64,000 nt of DNA from Neoechinorhynchus agilis (GCA_051530055.1 CM121341.1:2531561-2595560); one strand, 5' to 3'; shown: positions 10,590-22,755, counted from the first letter of the stretch. Notes: generated from the sequence alone by a model not told the origin. Translations and numbers: made by a program.

Positions 10590-11880
10590 TTTGCTATGGG
10601 GTGAGAGTCATGTTTCCGTAATTACAAGGATGTCGGCGTTGCATGAAGAGGCAATTATATGGAGCTCATCCAGTTTGGGGAGGAGGCTGCGGATGCCAGA
10701 ATAAAAGATTATTGGAAAGGGATGTTTAGAAATGACATGAGGGGTGGACACTGACGGAGAGGGTTGAAGCTGCGTAGAGAGAGAAGGGATGGGAGTTGAC
10801 CGATGAGGTAGTTCGGGGGTAATGGATTCGTTGGTGGAAACTGTAGTGAGGGGTGGTTTAGTGTAGGGACCATAAGGGTGGGAACTGCGTATGCGGGATG
10901 GGGGGGGCAAGAGGATATTGGGAGTTGAATAGGTGGTGGTAAGGGGTGAGGTAGTTTGAGCGTCTAAGATATTTTTCGCTTCTGAGGGGCGAAGCGAAAA
11001 TTTCCAGATTTGGTTGGGTGCGGATTAGTGGTTTTAGGCAGATGAGAGATGAGTGGAGGCAGCGATGAGAGGGGTTTAGGAGGGGTTAGTTTACGAGGTG
11101 AGGGATGCTTAATGTAGTCGTTGAAGGATGGTAGGGCTGGGTGCTTTTTACTGGAAAATCGAGGTACAGGAGCGAAAGTGGAAGGTTTTGATGGGACTAA
11201 CATTGAAACTTAATCGTAGAACGATGGGATAGATTCATGGTTTTTTCTAGCAGTACGGGGTGCTAGAGAGGAGGTGGAGGCTTTAGATGGGGTCGAGGAG
11301 GAAGGGGGTTCGGTTTTTTTTATGGCGGAGCAGAGTGAGAGTTAGAATGGAGGGACGAGGGGTATGCAGGATTATAGGAACGGAATTAAGGAAGGGAGAA
11401 AATTGTTGAGAAGTCGAATTTGAGTGTTGGAAAGAGTCTCGGGGGGCGCCAACAGCCAAGGGTGGGTGGACAGTATTTGACGAGTGAAGCGAGGGAGAAG
11501 AGTAGGTTTGGGGCTGGGAAATCGAAGAGCGAAGGGGTCGGGGATTAGGGGTTTGGGAGTTGTTAGTGTTTGGGTACTTATTGGGAAGGGGGGACCGAAG
11601 AACACGGTATGAGCAAGGCGGCAGTACAGAAACCACAAATAAATTTCCTGCCTGTTGCCCAAGTATTTGTGACGAATATTTGAGTTTTAACCGAAAAATC
11701 GTCCATGTCACAGGGTACGAGCTTGGTGGTTGGGCGCTTTGGCCTCGGCATTGATTGCAAGTGTTTATGACGTTAGATCGTGCGACGACTTTGATCGGGT
11801 GACGACGTTGATGCTCACAGATTTGATTGCAATTGTTTACGACGTTAAATGTTGTGACGGCATTGATCATCTGGCAGGGA
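10590..11880 (-). mobile_element. 5' part of a CR1/L2-group LINE (Cys-rich ORF1 remnant, P/S/T-rich linker, start of APE endonuclease)
   Basis: FPIIFYSGIRSLLPKLDELHIIASSCNADILVITET is an APE N-terminus. Cys-rich KFICGFC in ORF 11578-11760. Strong purine skew on +. Confidence 0.7.
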
Positions 11881-12036
11881 AAGTATTCGATGATGTGTGA
11901 CGACGAGAGAGAGAACGTTGAACTTTGACGATTGACGAGAGAGAGAACGTTGACACCATAAATTTTTCAATTTGTAAAGAAGTTGTTCATGGATTTATCG
12001 TGTTTGGTGATACAGAGATTTATTTATTTATAAAAC

Positions 12037-13881
12037 ATCGCTAATTGAAACTGAAATTATAATGAATAATTTCTTTACAACCCCTGTTTTTTATATGCCA
12101 AATGATTAATTTTTATGATTTTTTTGAAAATGTCATAACGGTGGAATATTAAGATCGATTCACTTGTTTTCACGGATATAATGCTAATCATTAAATCAGA
12201 CGTCTAAAACTTACAAAAGACATTTTATTTATTAAATCTTTGCAAGTAAAGTCTTCAATCCGTTAAAAAGCATTGATTAACTTAGTCCATGAAGTTCAAG
12301 GTAGAAGAATTGTACCGAATATTTCACGCCTTTAGCTTGACGAAATGTCAAAAAATCCTTCGCTTTGAAGAATCCTTCAACTGATGATTGGGATGCACAA
12401 CGACAGCGGCATCCCGAGAAATCCTTCGTTTTAAAGAACCCCCCCAACCCGAACGAAGGATTGGGATGCCCACGAATACGGCATCCTGAGAAATCCGAAG
12501 TTATATTTGTCGCTTCTTTGAAATTTTCAAAACTAAGGTTTAGTTCAATAAATTGATCAAAAGTTGTCATAGCGACCAATTCATCGGATTGCTAGCAATT
12601 GGTTTTTGCTTTTATTCGCAAATATTTTGATTTATTGATACGCGAGTGTAACAGCGAAGAGTTAATCAGTTCTATAATTTCCTCTACAATTCGAGGCCAT
12701 CTTCCCAACGGACGGCATTTCCACTGGATCTTCGGAATTCAGCTAAAACCCAACGGGAATTGGGCGTAGCTCTATAATTAGTCCTCTGAAACTTCGAATA
12801 TATTAGAATACTTTTGACGGAGTAAGATTTGGCATTATATTCTGATGGATAGCTCTTTTCGCATCTAGACTTTAAGCGAAACGCCCACATCGAAAAAATG
12901 TTCGTTTTTGGAGTTCTGTTCGTTTCAGCTCCTTTAAAGCTTTTGAAACTTAGGGTTTTTTAATAAATTGATAAAAGGTTATCATAGCGAACAATGGGAA
13001 AAATCAGTCGATTGAAAGCAATTCGCCCGCTGATTCTGTGAAGAACATAGAATAATTTTAGCTCTAAGAGTACTTTCTAGATTTCATTGTTTTGATTAAC
13101 TCCTTTTTGACCGGCATCTACAAACACCCTAACAAGGAACTCCTTTTCAATAAGACTTTTGCTGTTTTCCGTTCCCACCGCCTTTTGATTTAAAGGCATT
13201 CAATCACAATGATTCCGAGTTAGGACAAAGCCCAAGGACGATGTAGAGAATGAAACAAAAAATCTTGTTTTGGAAGAGTAGGATGACGACCGGTAATAGA
13301 AAAAGAAAAATCAATATCAATAGCGGTAAACGACCGACAAACAAAAGATCGAAAACTGTGAAGAAACAAATTGAGCTTAATTCGTCATTACTGACGATGA
13401 ACAATAACAATATTAAAAATGAAGGCATGTTAAATTACACTTTGTATTTAATCGGCTTGTCACAATCGCCCGTCTTATTGAGAATGTTTCAACAGCTCAA
13501 TACGGACTTAAAATACATTGGAAAGATAACGGGGGAACGGAGCGTCATGACTGAGAATCCATTGAGTTAGAGATTTTAGTTGTAAATAAATACGGATGTC
13601 GATATGCGAGAATTTTAGTGTTCGTGAGAATGGTGGCTTAAAAATGCGAAAATTAATTTTATGATTATCGCACCCTGTTTGCTCTACACATCGAGCTGGC
13701 AAACTAAAACTTTATTAAAGATACAGGCAGCAAACGGGCTTTTTCTAACCGCTAGCAAATTCTAATCAAAACTTTGGGACCTTGAGTAATTCACATGCGA
13801 TTGTGGGCAAGTATTATGTGTAATTGTTTTATTCGATATCCATTAATGATGTCTTGAACTTTCAATTTGTTTGCTAAGCAG
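12037..13881. repeat. Dispersed, apparently non-coding repeat; direct copy at 24529-25575, inverted copy at 29136-30681
   Basis: Shared spurious ORFs (MKNPSTDDWD.., MPARCVEQTG..). 13881 mirrors 29136; 12348 mirrors 30681. Confidence 0.9.
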
Positions 13882-14230
13882 TCAAATTTCAGAGTTACAA
13901 AAGGCCATCTCATCTTTTGCAAATGGTTCGGGTCACGGGCTTGACGGACTAAGGCCTCAGCACCTAAAGGACATGATGTCCTTTTCAACTGGTGAAGCAG
14001 CTCTCTCTAGGAAGTGCGCTTTCTTGAATAGTCGACCGCCTGACTGGAGTGGACCTGAACCCCGTTGCAAAGGACCTATTTTTCCTAGCCTCATTGTGTG
14101 CGCTCACAAAAAAAAGGTGGTATCCGTCCCATTGCCGTACTTTCGATGATACGCCGACTCGCAGGAAAAATTCTCTGCAAACGTATTACAGAGAAAACCG
14201 GGCAGCAACTTCGTCCAGTCAAACTGGGCT
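13882..14230 (+). mobile_element. CRE-like RT N-terminal fragment
   Basis: SFANGSGHGLDGLRPQHLKDMM and KKGGIRPIAVLSMIRRLAGK...QLRPVKLG (early RT motifs). Confidence 0.8.
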
Positions 14231-15094
14231 ATTTTGGATGCCATTCAAACAGGAGAACCGATCACACAAAAGAAGACTACCAGAAGTAATCGGAAGAGGA
14301 AAGCTCAAGACAATACTGTGGAACCGCCCACTAAAGTGGCTCAAGTTGAAGTTTCGCTTCCAAAGTTCGATGTCCATCCACATTTGGACGCAGCACTCGG
14401 AACCATACGAAGCGGTGGCGTTCCACAAGATCCCCAATTGCAATATACCCTGCTTTTAGCTGGACTTGCGAATTCACCGCAAGCAATAATCATGCTGAAT
14501 AGGCTGTTGGAGGATGCAACGTACACGCAGGCGTGGATCGCAGCTCATGTAATAACGGGATACCGAAACTCTAATTGAGACACAATAAGAACGTAAAATT
14601 ATATTGCGTTTATTTTAGATATCAGCAAGTAATAGATCTAGTACCTTTGTCGCTCGCTGACAAATAATTTAAATAATATATTTCGATATGTGATCTGTGA
14701 ATAAATAGTTGCTTATTTTTTTACAGGCTTCATCCAATTTTAGTCATACAACGAAGGGCGGTTTCGGTTTGCGTTGTTGTAGACTTGTAGCGCTATTGCT
14801 GTTCCTCGGGTTTGCAACTATACCATTAGTTCCACTCCGGCAAAGGTCTTGGAGCCTTCTTTAATCTCTTGTCTAGGCATCTTATCTAATATCTTTGGCC
14901 CATCATCGACATTCCAATTTTCTCGCGACCAGACAGCCGGTTGGATAGAATGATTCCAACAGTCCGAGGGTCCTAAAGTCCACCGGGCAGCTACGACTGC
15001 CGCCATCAGTTGCACTACATAATTCATCGATCCTTTTTCTTAACTCATACGAACATCTAACCGATCGAATGCATTTTGAATTTTATTTCCTACA
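14231..15094 (+). repeat. 864-bp direct repeat of 9274-10137, containing a 5'-truncated copy (B) of the AT-hook gene
   Basis: Constant offset of 4957 from attttggatgcc (9274/14231) to atttcctaca (10137/15094). Confidence 0.95.
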
Positions 15095-15252
15095 GTAGGC
15101 TTCCGCCTTAATAAAAAATCCAAAAATTCCGTTGAATTATCACAGACATCAAGCAAGGGTGCAACCAATTTACCTTCGTACTTTGAACATAACTTCGTAG
15201 TATATATTTTTTATCATTCTGCGAAATTTTATTACCACAAAACACTTAATTC

Positions 15253-16286
15253 GCTCAAATCACGGCCGTCATACGGATGCTCGCGGCGTTTCCCGGCTGC
15301 ACCGCGAGACTAATGCTTTGGCGTAAAAACATTGGTTCGCGATTATCCTTTGTAATTCCTGCCAATCGCAGACCTGTTTCCTTGGTCAGCACCAAGGTCG
15401 TCTTCCACAACGACCCATAGGTTTCGACTCCGAGCGGAGCAAAGATGAAATCTGCAGTGAAGTTGCTGAAATTGGCAACCTTCCTTCGTTCCGCAGCATT
15501 GGCGACTTCGCTAGCGCCTTTTTCCCAACTTCGAAGATGCTCCTGGTCAAAGTGTCTTCGGTGCATGTCGCGTCCCACATAGGACAGCGGCGGCGGACCC
15601 AGTGGTAGACGGGTTGGGAATGTTAATGCGAGACAAAGCTCTGCTGATTATGCCGTTGAGTACCGAATCTCTCGGGAACTTTCCTGCAGAGTCCATGTGT
15701 GCCAGTTTCGTCTATATGCGAGCATCGGTGCGGGATAATGCAGATATTCAATTCGAATCTGAGGCAAAATAAGATGTGCAGTGTCTCGTCGTCTAGTAGT
15801 GTTCCCATGATCTCGATTCTTTGGTCGAACAAGCCATCAGTCGAATTAGGGACCTCTCATCCATCAGGTGCATTAAAAAGTAGTAAACCTGATGATCGAG
15901 TGGTGAGTTGGCGGAGTTCCCTGAAGTCTTTCTGATGTTTTAAGAGTGGTTCTGAACTTGTAGAGAAGCTTCGGTACGTAAAGGCAATTTTTGATGGGAA
16001 CAACTGCCTCGTGGGCTTTTAGCATTGAAGCCCTCTGCTTTCGATATCCATTGGAACGTTTTGCCCTAGTACACACAAACTCAACAAACTCAGCTAATCG
16101 ACTTGAATCAGCCTCAAGCTCGGTGCGACGGAGGTAAAGCCGCGAAGTACGCTGGCCCGGTACACCTCCTCCATGTTAATTAACAGCAGCTTACACCTCG
16201 AGAAGTTCAGCTCCAAAGAGAACCCTAAACTCGTTTCCGAAATTTTCTTCAGGTCCATTGAGACAATCTCCGGCTTGTCTCCAAAA
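15253..16286 (-). mobile_element. Degenerate CRE-like RT/RLE fragment
   Basis: WDATC, FIFAPLGVETYG, FLRQSISLAVQPGNAAS, and the CCHC finger remnant HIDETGTHGLC. Confidence 0.8.
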
Positions 16287-16291
16287 TTAGT

Positions 16292-16430
16292 AACCGTTTG
16301 CAGCGGTAAGTGCTCTGCCAGAGTGTTTGGTATGTTTATCGAGTGTTGTGGCTGGAAGGACGCTGACTTCGGAACCAGTATCGACTAGGAACCGTCGTCC
16401 AGCTTGGTGTTCGTTTAGGAAAAAGCGGCT
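16292..16430 (-). mobile_element. Gypsy aspartic protease fragment fused to the CRE-like fragment
   Basis: Mirror of 30683-30821; encodes RRFLVDTGSEVS. Confidence 0.75.
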
Positions 16431-16446
16431 ATTGGCAGAGGGACCG

Positions 16447-18480
16447 ATAATAATAAACACGTTTTATTGATTAAGAAGAACGATCCATACACTTGCCAGC
16501 ATCTATCTTTGCTGAAGTTGTCAGGATGTCGGATGTTGAGGCAGGGAGGTGGAATTTGCCTTTGGAGTTTCACAGGAGAATGACAGATTAGGAGTCTTTC
16601 CTTGTTCTCCGGTTATTAAGGAAAGATTGGGCTTGAGGGAAGAAAGATTTTTGGTAGAGGGTGGTACGAGCGAGGGGGGGATGAAAAAGGTTGGGGTTCC
16701 GGGTGTTTACTAGGGACGAGTATTTAGAGATGAGGGAAGAAAATTGTGGAGCGGGTTGAAGAAGACGGAGGGCGTTTTTGGAGAAAATGGAGTGGAGGTG
16801 GGCGTCGAGGGGAGGGAGTGAAGTTCCGCACATTCTCGCTGCTCTCTTGTGGAAGGTTTCGAGGGAATGGAGAGCAATGGCGGAAAGGGCGAGAAAAGTG
16901 GGGAAAGCGTATGTAAGGATAGGAAGGATGGCAAAACGATAAAAATGAGCAAGGTGCTTAGAGGATACGCCGAGACGCCGGAGGAGTTTGAGAAGGTAAA
17001 GACGAGGGTTTGCTTTAGAGAGCGTAAATGAAATGTGGGCATTCCATTTAAGGTTTTCTTGTGAAATCTGGCCCAGTATCCGGAGAAAAGAGGAGCGTTG
17101 GATGGGGAGAGGCGCGGGGAAAAGGTTGCGTTTGGAAATGTGGGGGACAAGCTCAAAAGATTTGGATAAATTTAGGGAGAGGTTTAGGGTGGAGGGCGAG
17201 GAAATGAGATGGTTGAGCTCGTTCATGGTAGTGGAGAGGGAGAGAGAGGGAGATGCGATGGTAATGACTGTGAGGTCATCGGCATAGAGAAAATATTTCG
17301 TAGGGGGAGTGAGGGGATGAAGGTCATTTAGAAAAATGTCAAAGAGGAGAGGGGAAAGTACGGCGCATTGGGGACCCCTTTAAATATGGGTAGAGAAGAG
17401 GAGCGAGAAGTTCCACATTGGATATATTGTTCGCGGTTGGAGAGGAAAGAGGAAATCCAAGCGAGTTGCCAAGTTGGGAGGCCCAAGGAAGCACATGATT
17501 GGAGGAGAATGGAGTGATCTACCGACTCAAACGCCCTGGAAATATCCAGTTGCACGAGACGGACGGTTGATTCTGGATTGGAATCTAAGCTGCGCACAAG
17601 CCTATCGTAGATGCAGAGGAGGGCATCAGAACAAGAGTAATTGGGACGGAAAGCGAACAAGGATGTGGTTTTAATCGGCTTATCGTTTTTGGGTAGGGGA
17701 ACGACACGGGCTCCCAATAGAAAGCTAAAGTTCGTTATGTGCTTTAGAGGATCGATAAGTTCAGGGATGATGAAACCAATGGCCCAATTTGGGATAGTCG
17801 AATTAGGGGAAGAATGGCGGGGCAGGCGTTTAATGATCTCTAGGATTTCGAGAGGGGAAACTAAGGAAGAGCGTTTATGAATGTGTAGGTCCGAAAGTGA
17901 GATGGAAGGTTGGGACAATGGAAGGGAGGTTTGGGGAGGACAGAGGTTTTTATTCATGGTGTTAAGGATTGAGAGGAGGTCATATTTGGGGCGAGATGCG
18001 AAGGGGGTGGATCTACCAAGACCAGTGACATTTTTTATTTCACGCCACCAGTTTCGATTGGGAACGGACGAAAGACGAGATGAGAAAAATAATTTGCGGG
18101 CTATACGGATGCGTTTTGTCAGTGTGGAGTGGAGGGAGGGGTAAGCAGGATTACCTGACCGGAAAGCTTTGGTGACCTTTATTTGAAGGGTTTTTAGAAA
18201 AGGCGAGAACCATGGAGGGTCGCGGTTCGAGATTCGTATTGTTTTGCGAGGAAAGGAGGCCTTCATCGCAGATTCTATTAGATTTGACAAAGAGCCCATT
18301 GGAATCGAGGGGTCGATGCCAAAGATGGTAGAGCGGTTTTGCGTGATAAGAGAATTGACACATACAGCAAAGGCGTGGGTATGATGATCACGCTTATCCC
18401 AGATAACGTAGGGGTCGGAAAAGGAACGTTTTTGAAGTAATGAGGGGGAGAGAAGGATAGAACTTTGTGCTTCAAAGTTA
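16447..18480 (-). mobile_element. 3' part of a CR1/L2-group LINE (linker, RT, C-terminus) with (TTA)n tail
   Basis: FAFRPNYSCSDALL, LVQLDISRAFESVDHSILL, IFKGVP, YADD-encoding stretch near 17280, KANPRLYLLKLLRR. AATAAA followed by ttattattat at the 3' end (~16447-16470). Confidence 0.85.
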
Positions 18481-18878
18481 ATCAGGTCATTGATTTGAGT
18501 TAATAGAGCAAACCGTTTCCCAAAAGGCTAGTCATGCATGGAGATTCCAATCATCGCTGGGTAATGAAGCAGACAATCTATGCTGAGATGCACAGGGTAG
18601 CACTGATTTGCTGATCATCATTAACGGAGAAACGATTGGCGATAGGAAAAGTAAACGCAATTTTCGCGGATAATGGATATTCACGTACCGAGATCTTGTG
18701 GTTCCAACAGCGGTGTGATTCAAGAGTGAGGATAACCGAAACGATGTTTAAATAAGCAATTTATTGACATCATCCTTATAAACGCTGCCCAGAGTATTGT
18801 TTGTAAAATTGTCAACATTTCATAGAACAACTACATCGAGTTTTTTTCACTTGGACTTGATTTCGACGAGTATAATAC

Positions 18879-19133
18879 CACCTGAAATTTAAGTCTTTAT
18901 TGGATCTATCCATGTTTTTCCGCAAAAACGATGCGAGCGGCATGGATACACTTAAATCTCCGATAGTCACTCCTCCTTTGGACTTATGATTGGTTCAAAA
19001 TTTATAGACAAAAGAGGACTTAATTGGATCCTCCAACGTTGGAATAATCACTGATAGTTAGAGTATAGGATGGAATCACTCCCAATAACGATATAATCTT
19101 CAATGTTCAACGATCAACTAAGGTACAATGTAG
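18879..19133. repeat. ~255-bp third copy of a segment of the P1 arms (direct to ~35528-35782, inverted to ~6320-6575)
   Basis: ccacctgaaatttaagtc ... gatcaactaaggtacaatgtag is shared. Confidence 0.85.
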
Positions 19134-19479
19134 AGCGCTGCCCAAGGGTAGAATCTTAATTAGGGGTTCTCAATAAAATTAAGGAGGTCGCCATTATTTA
19201 TGGAAGTTGATAGCGCTTGAAGATCTGGTTTAAAGGAAGAACAAGAAAATAGTTATGAGAATACAGATGATAGAAATTTATTATTTTTGTTGTAGGTCGT
19301 TTAGTAGGCACCATTCACATCGTAGCTTTAATTAAAAATCTAAAAAATTCGGTGTTTTTTGCAAACATTGAAAAATTTAGAATTACTAAGGACATTTAAG
19401 TGCAAGAAGCAAGATTTATCAAACTACCTGGCACCTCCGGCATCAATCAGGCGGTCAAAGTACTTTACATTATGTTGTA

Positions 19480-20800
19480 ATCCCAAATTAACTTATCATC
19501 CGTTATTATTCCTACGATGGTCTTGCCAATCGCAAAAGCCGACGGTCGAGCGGCCACAGGGAAAGCATTAGTCGTGCTAAACACAACGGACTATATCGAG
19601 GTGGGTATGGATATATTGAAAGCAGACCAACTCCAGGAACTTAAGAAGGACCCAACTGCGATAATACGATCCTCGCAACTACTTCCTTTGGACGGCAGAT
19701 GTCACTGCACTATTTACGAATGTACCGATAAAGGAAGCAACTATCTTGGCCGCGGATTTACTTTCGAAAGGATGTTTGGATCCCAAGCTGGATATGGATG
19801 TATTGGTCAGTACTGATTGATCATTGCACGTCGAAGTCTACGTTCTTATTCGAAGGAATATTCTACGACCAGACGAACGGATTTGTAATGGGATCACCGT
19901 TAGGACCAGCGTTGGTCAACATCTATATGATCGAATATTAGAAGCAACTGAGATTGAGGTTTCCTGTGATTGTGGCGTGGTGGAGGTACAATGAAGATGT
20001 GTTTGCGGGGACTAACAAGGATCCTATTAAAATGAAGTTAGAGGATCAATTGATCGGAATAAATCCGTCGATAAAGTGGAGAATTACCCCAGAGGACGAC
20101 CAGGATCAGCTTCTTAGATGTGTTGATACAGCGACAAGGAACTTTGATCACGACGTCGTTATTCCATAAGCCAGGTTTACCATGGGGGACGAACCATTGG
20201 AGAAGCCACGGACCTACCAAGTACAAAATCAATGCTGCAGTAAACATCTTCAAGCTAGCCATCAAAATCGCAAACAATGATTAAGGGGTGAGGAAGGACA
20301 TAGAGAGCATCTTTGTAAAACTTCAGGACCTTGAGTACGCGACATACGCAATAAGGAAGGCATTGGCTCGAGTGAAGAGCACGACGAAAAGTGATGGTAG
20401 AGACGGTTTGGAGAGGAAATTCATTCGAGCTCAGATCATCTCAACGAAGATGGGTAACATACTGACATACTTGTTCAGAAAATCGAACTCGACGAACCTG
20501 GTTCCCTACTATCCGTCATGACTAAAACTGAGCGAGATATTGCAAGTGAAACCATCACAGCTTATGGAGATGCGTGGTATATTCGATATCCTGTAAGGAT
20601 TGCGACCAAGTCTATGTTGGACAGACAAAACAGGGGATGCGAAAAACGTGTCGTCAGCTTTATTCAATCACGCTATCAACAACGACCACAGAATCGATTT
20701 TGAAAACGCGTGTACAAGGATGGCCGAAAGGAACCCACAGAGCAGGTTGATAAAAGAGGCTCTGCTCATTAACATGGAGGACACAATGGAAGGGACCAAG
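19480..20800 (+). mobile_element. Degenerate Penelope-like element (RT plus GIY-YIG)
   Basis: KADG..GKALVVLNTTDY, YDQTNGFVMGSPLGPALVNIYM, WWRYNEDVF (decayed YxDD), SALFNHAINNDHRIDFENA...RLIKEALLI. Many stops and frameshifts. Confidence 0.85.
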
Positions 20801-21035
20801 AGCAATCATTCTCTAAGATTTCTGATGAGGAATCTCCATTGGTCTTTTGCGCAGGGAGGTGAAATATCACCTCGGGGATTGATGGTCGCGCGCACCCGAG
20901 TCAAGGCTACCAACTTAGGTACCCCCACCACATCCATTTTTAGATGCTTGAGAAGGATTGATTTCAATAAAACTCGAGTGTGTAACAATTCGCCATTGAG
21001 AATACACATCCACTCGAAGGATCAATTGGATGGAA

Positions 21036-21090
21036 TAGTCACATATTGTTGATATTTGACTACTGATCAAATATCAACAATATGTGACTA
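21036..21090. repeat. Perfect 24-bp inverted repeat with 7-nt loop
   Basis: tagtcacatattgttgatatttga-ctactga-tcaaatatcaacaatatgtgacta. Confidence 0.95.
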
Positions 21091-21668
21091 CTTATATTTC
21101 TCTGTGTATATTCAAGCATTCTGTTTACCAACGCCGTGAAGATAAATAACAATGAAAAATCATGTGAACGCCGGTAATATTGTAAGCTAGAATGATTCGA
21201 CTGTTTATTAAAGGAATGCTCAAACAAATTACAATAATTTGAGAAAACATATCTAAGTGTAAATTCTCTAGCGAAGGGAACCTACAAATCCGGCAACCGT
21301 CTTCTTGTTGTGGTTACTCACTTTCTATTTATTTACTGAAGATTTTTGATATATTACTAATCGAAGAAAATGAGGAAAATGAGCCACTGGACTCCGCAGA
21401 TGCTCTACAAAAATCATACAAAAAATTTCGATTAATTTTTATTGTTTCGTTCGCTGATTGGATGTAGCTTTTATCTGTTTTCCATCTCACAGTAGTGTTA
21501 AACAATCAAGAAGCTACTTGCTATTGATGACGACTCCTCAAACGTGCGTATTACTTCAATTCGAAATTTATTTTAATCAAAGTAACTCACGATAGCTCAC
21601 TTTTTTCATGGTGCAAATAAAAACTGTAAGCAAATTCAAAATGTAATCCTGTTTGCTTTGTTCTCCAA

Positions 21669-22241
21669 GTGAACAAGTCGAGGAAAATGAGCAATAAAGA
21701 GTGTTGCAAACCAGTGTACCACCGAACAAAAATGCTCTTGAAATGGATCGAGAACATGCGCCTTAATCCGGAGAAGACCATACAAACGGTTCACAAGATT
21801 CACGATCTTTTAGACAGCCAAGACATTTTCAAGGGAAAAATCAATAGTAAGGAAATCGCTGCGTACCTGTACGTTGCCCGCAAACGGAATCGCAGACCGA
21901 GAAGCCTGTTCGAATTCTCCAAGGTTTGCAGGATATCACGAGCAGAACTTCATCAAAAGGTTTCCATCATCCTTAAGGCCTTGGATGATAAATTTTCCTG
22001 TGCAAACGAAATTGATTATCTCAAAGAAGGTTGCATTCGATTAAAATTGAACAACGTAATTGAGGAAAAAGCTCAACAACTTTTGAACATGTGGGGTGTC
22101 GGCTTTCTTGCATCGACCAGAGCTGCGTCAGCGAATGTTGTCGCGGCCGAGAAATATGGTTCGGAGCTTAATATCCAACAAGTTGTCGATGAACTCTCAG
22201 TGTCCGTACAAACCATAAAAAGTTGTATAATGCGATATTAA
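21669..22241 (+). CDS. Intronless, divergent TFIIB/Brf-family core (two cyclin folds, no zinc ribbon)
   Basis: IAAYLYVARKRNRRPRSLFEFSKVCRISRAELHQKVSIILKALD (cf. TFIIB [43 protein letters not shown]). Second repeat YLKEGCIRLKL...QQVVDELSVSVQTIK (cf. FMSRFCSNLCL...QKEIGDIAGVADVTIR). Confidence 0.75.
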   Translation: MNKSRKMSNKECCKPVYHRTKMLLKWIENMRLNPEKTIQTVHKIHDLLDSQDIFKGKINSKEIAAYLYVARKRNRRPRSLFEFSKVCRISRAELHQKVSIILKALDDKFSCANEIDYLKEGCIRLKLNNVIEEKAQQLLNMWGVGFLASTRAASANVVAAEKYGSELNIQQVVDELSVSVQTIKSCIMRY

Positions 22242-22553
22242 AGAAACTGTTGAACTAGATTTGATGCGTCGGGGAGGTTTACAGATTTTAAATAAATTTT
22301 TACAGTGAATGCCGCATCGAGTTTTGAATTCACTATGGGCTCGTGATTTTCCCCTGGTCACTTAATTCCTTAATAAAATTTCATCAAACAATTAAAACGC
22401 CTATCTTCTCTGTTACTACAATTTTTACCACATTCTATTCCCCTTTTAACATGAGCACAACAATCGTAATCCCGATTCATTAAATCCTCCAATAAATCGG
22501 ACCCCCTCCACTTCAGCTCCCTTCACAACACTGCTCAATCTTCTCGGATATCA

Positions 22554-22755
22554 TGACCAGAAATGAACCTGAGGAAAGACCCAACCTCACAAGCTCTTCT
22601 GCAAACAATATCCGCGAATATCCGCCAGAACGGACATCCCCCCGACGGGATATTCCCACCCGAACGAACCCGTAATCCACTCCAAAATGAAGAACCGCAT
22701 TAGTTTAACAAATAAGAACTCGAGTGCTCACGATGACATAAATGTACATGGTTTT
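22554..22755 (+). repeat. Short diverged repeat also at ~24128-24330, possibly Penelope 5'/pLTR remnants
   Basis: atgaccagaaatgaacctgaggaaagacccaacc vs atgacccgaaatgaaccataggaaggaccaacc. Both end in agaactcgagtg...gtacatgg. Confidence 0.5.

Noticed and set aside
10608-11870. Novel Pro/Ser-rich proteins, and Gly/Glu/Arg-rich antisense ORFs (also 16.7-18.1 kb)
   Set aside because: By-products of the strand-skewed LINE sequence.
12375-12470. Hammerhead at CTGATGA-ttGGGATGC...GCATCCCga-GAAA-TCCTTCG
   Set aside because: Stems II and III can form, but stem I cannot, 10.1-11.1 is U-A, and the other two copies read CGGATGA.
9274-15094. LTR retrotransposon with 864-bp LTRs
   Set aside because: The repeats are gene sequence, lack TG..CA ends, PBS and PPT, and the interior has no gag/pol.
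20822-20875. CTGATGAG...GAAA right after the Penelope GIY-YIG
   Set aside because: Stem II does not abut the core, GAAA is inside a separate GAGGTGA/TCACCTC hairpin, and there is no stem I.
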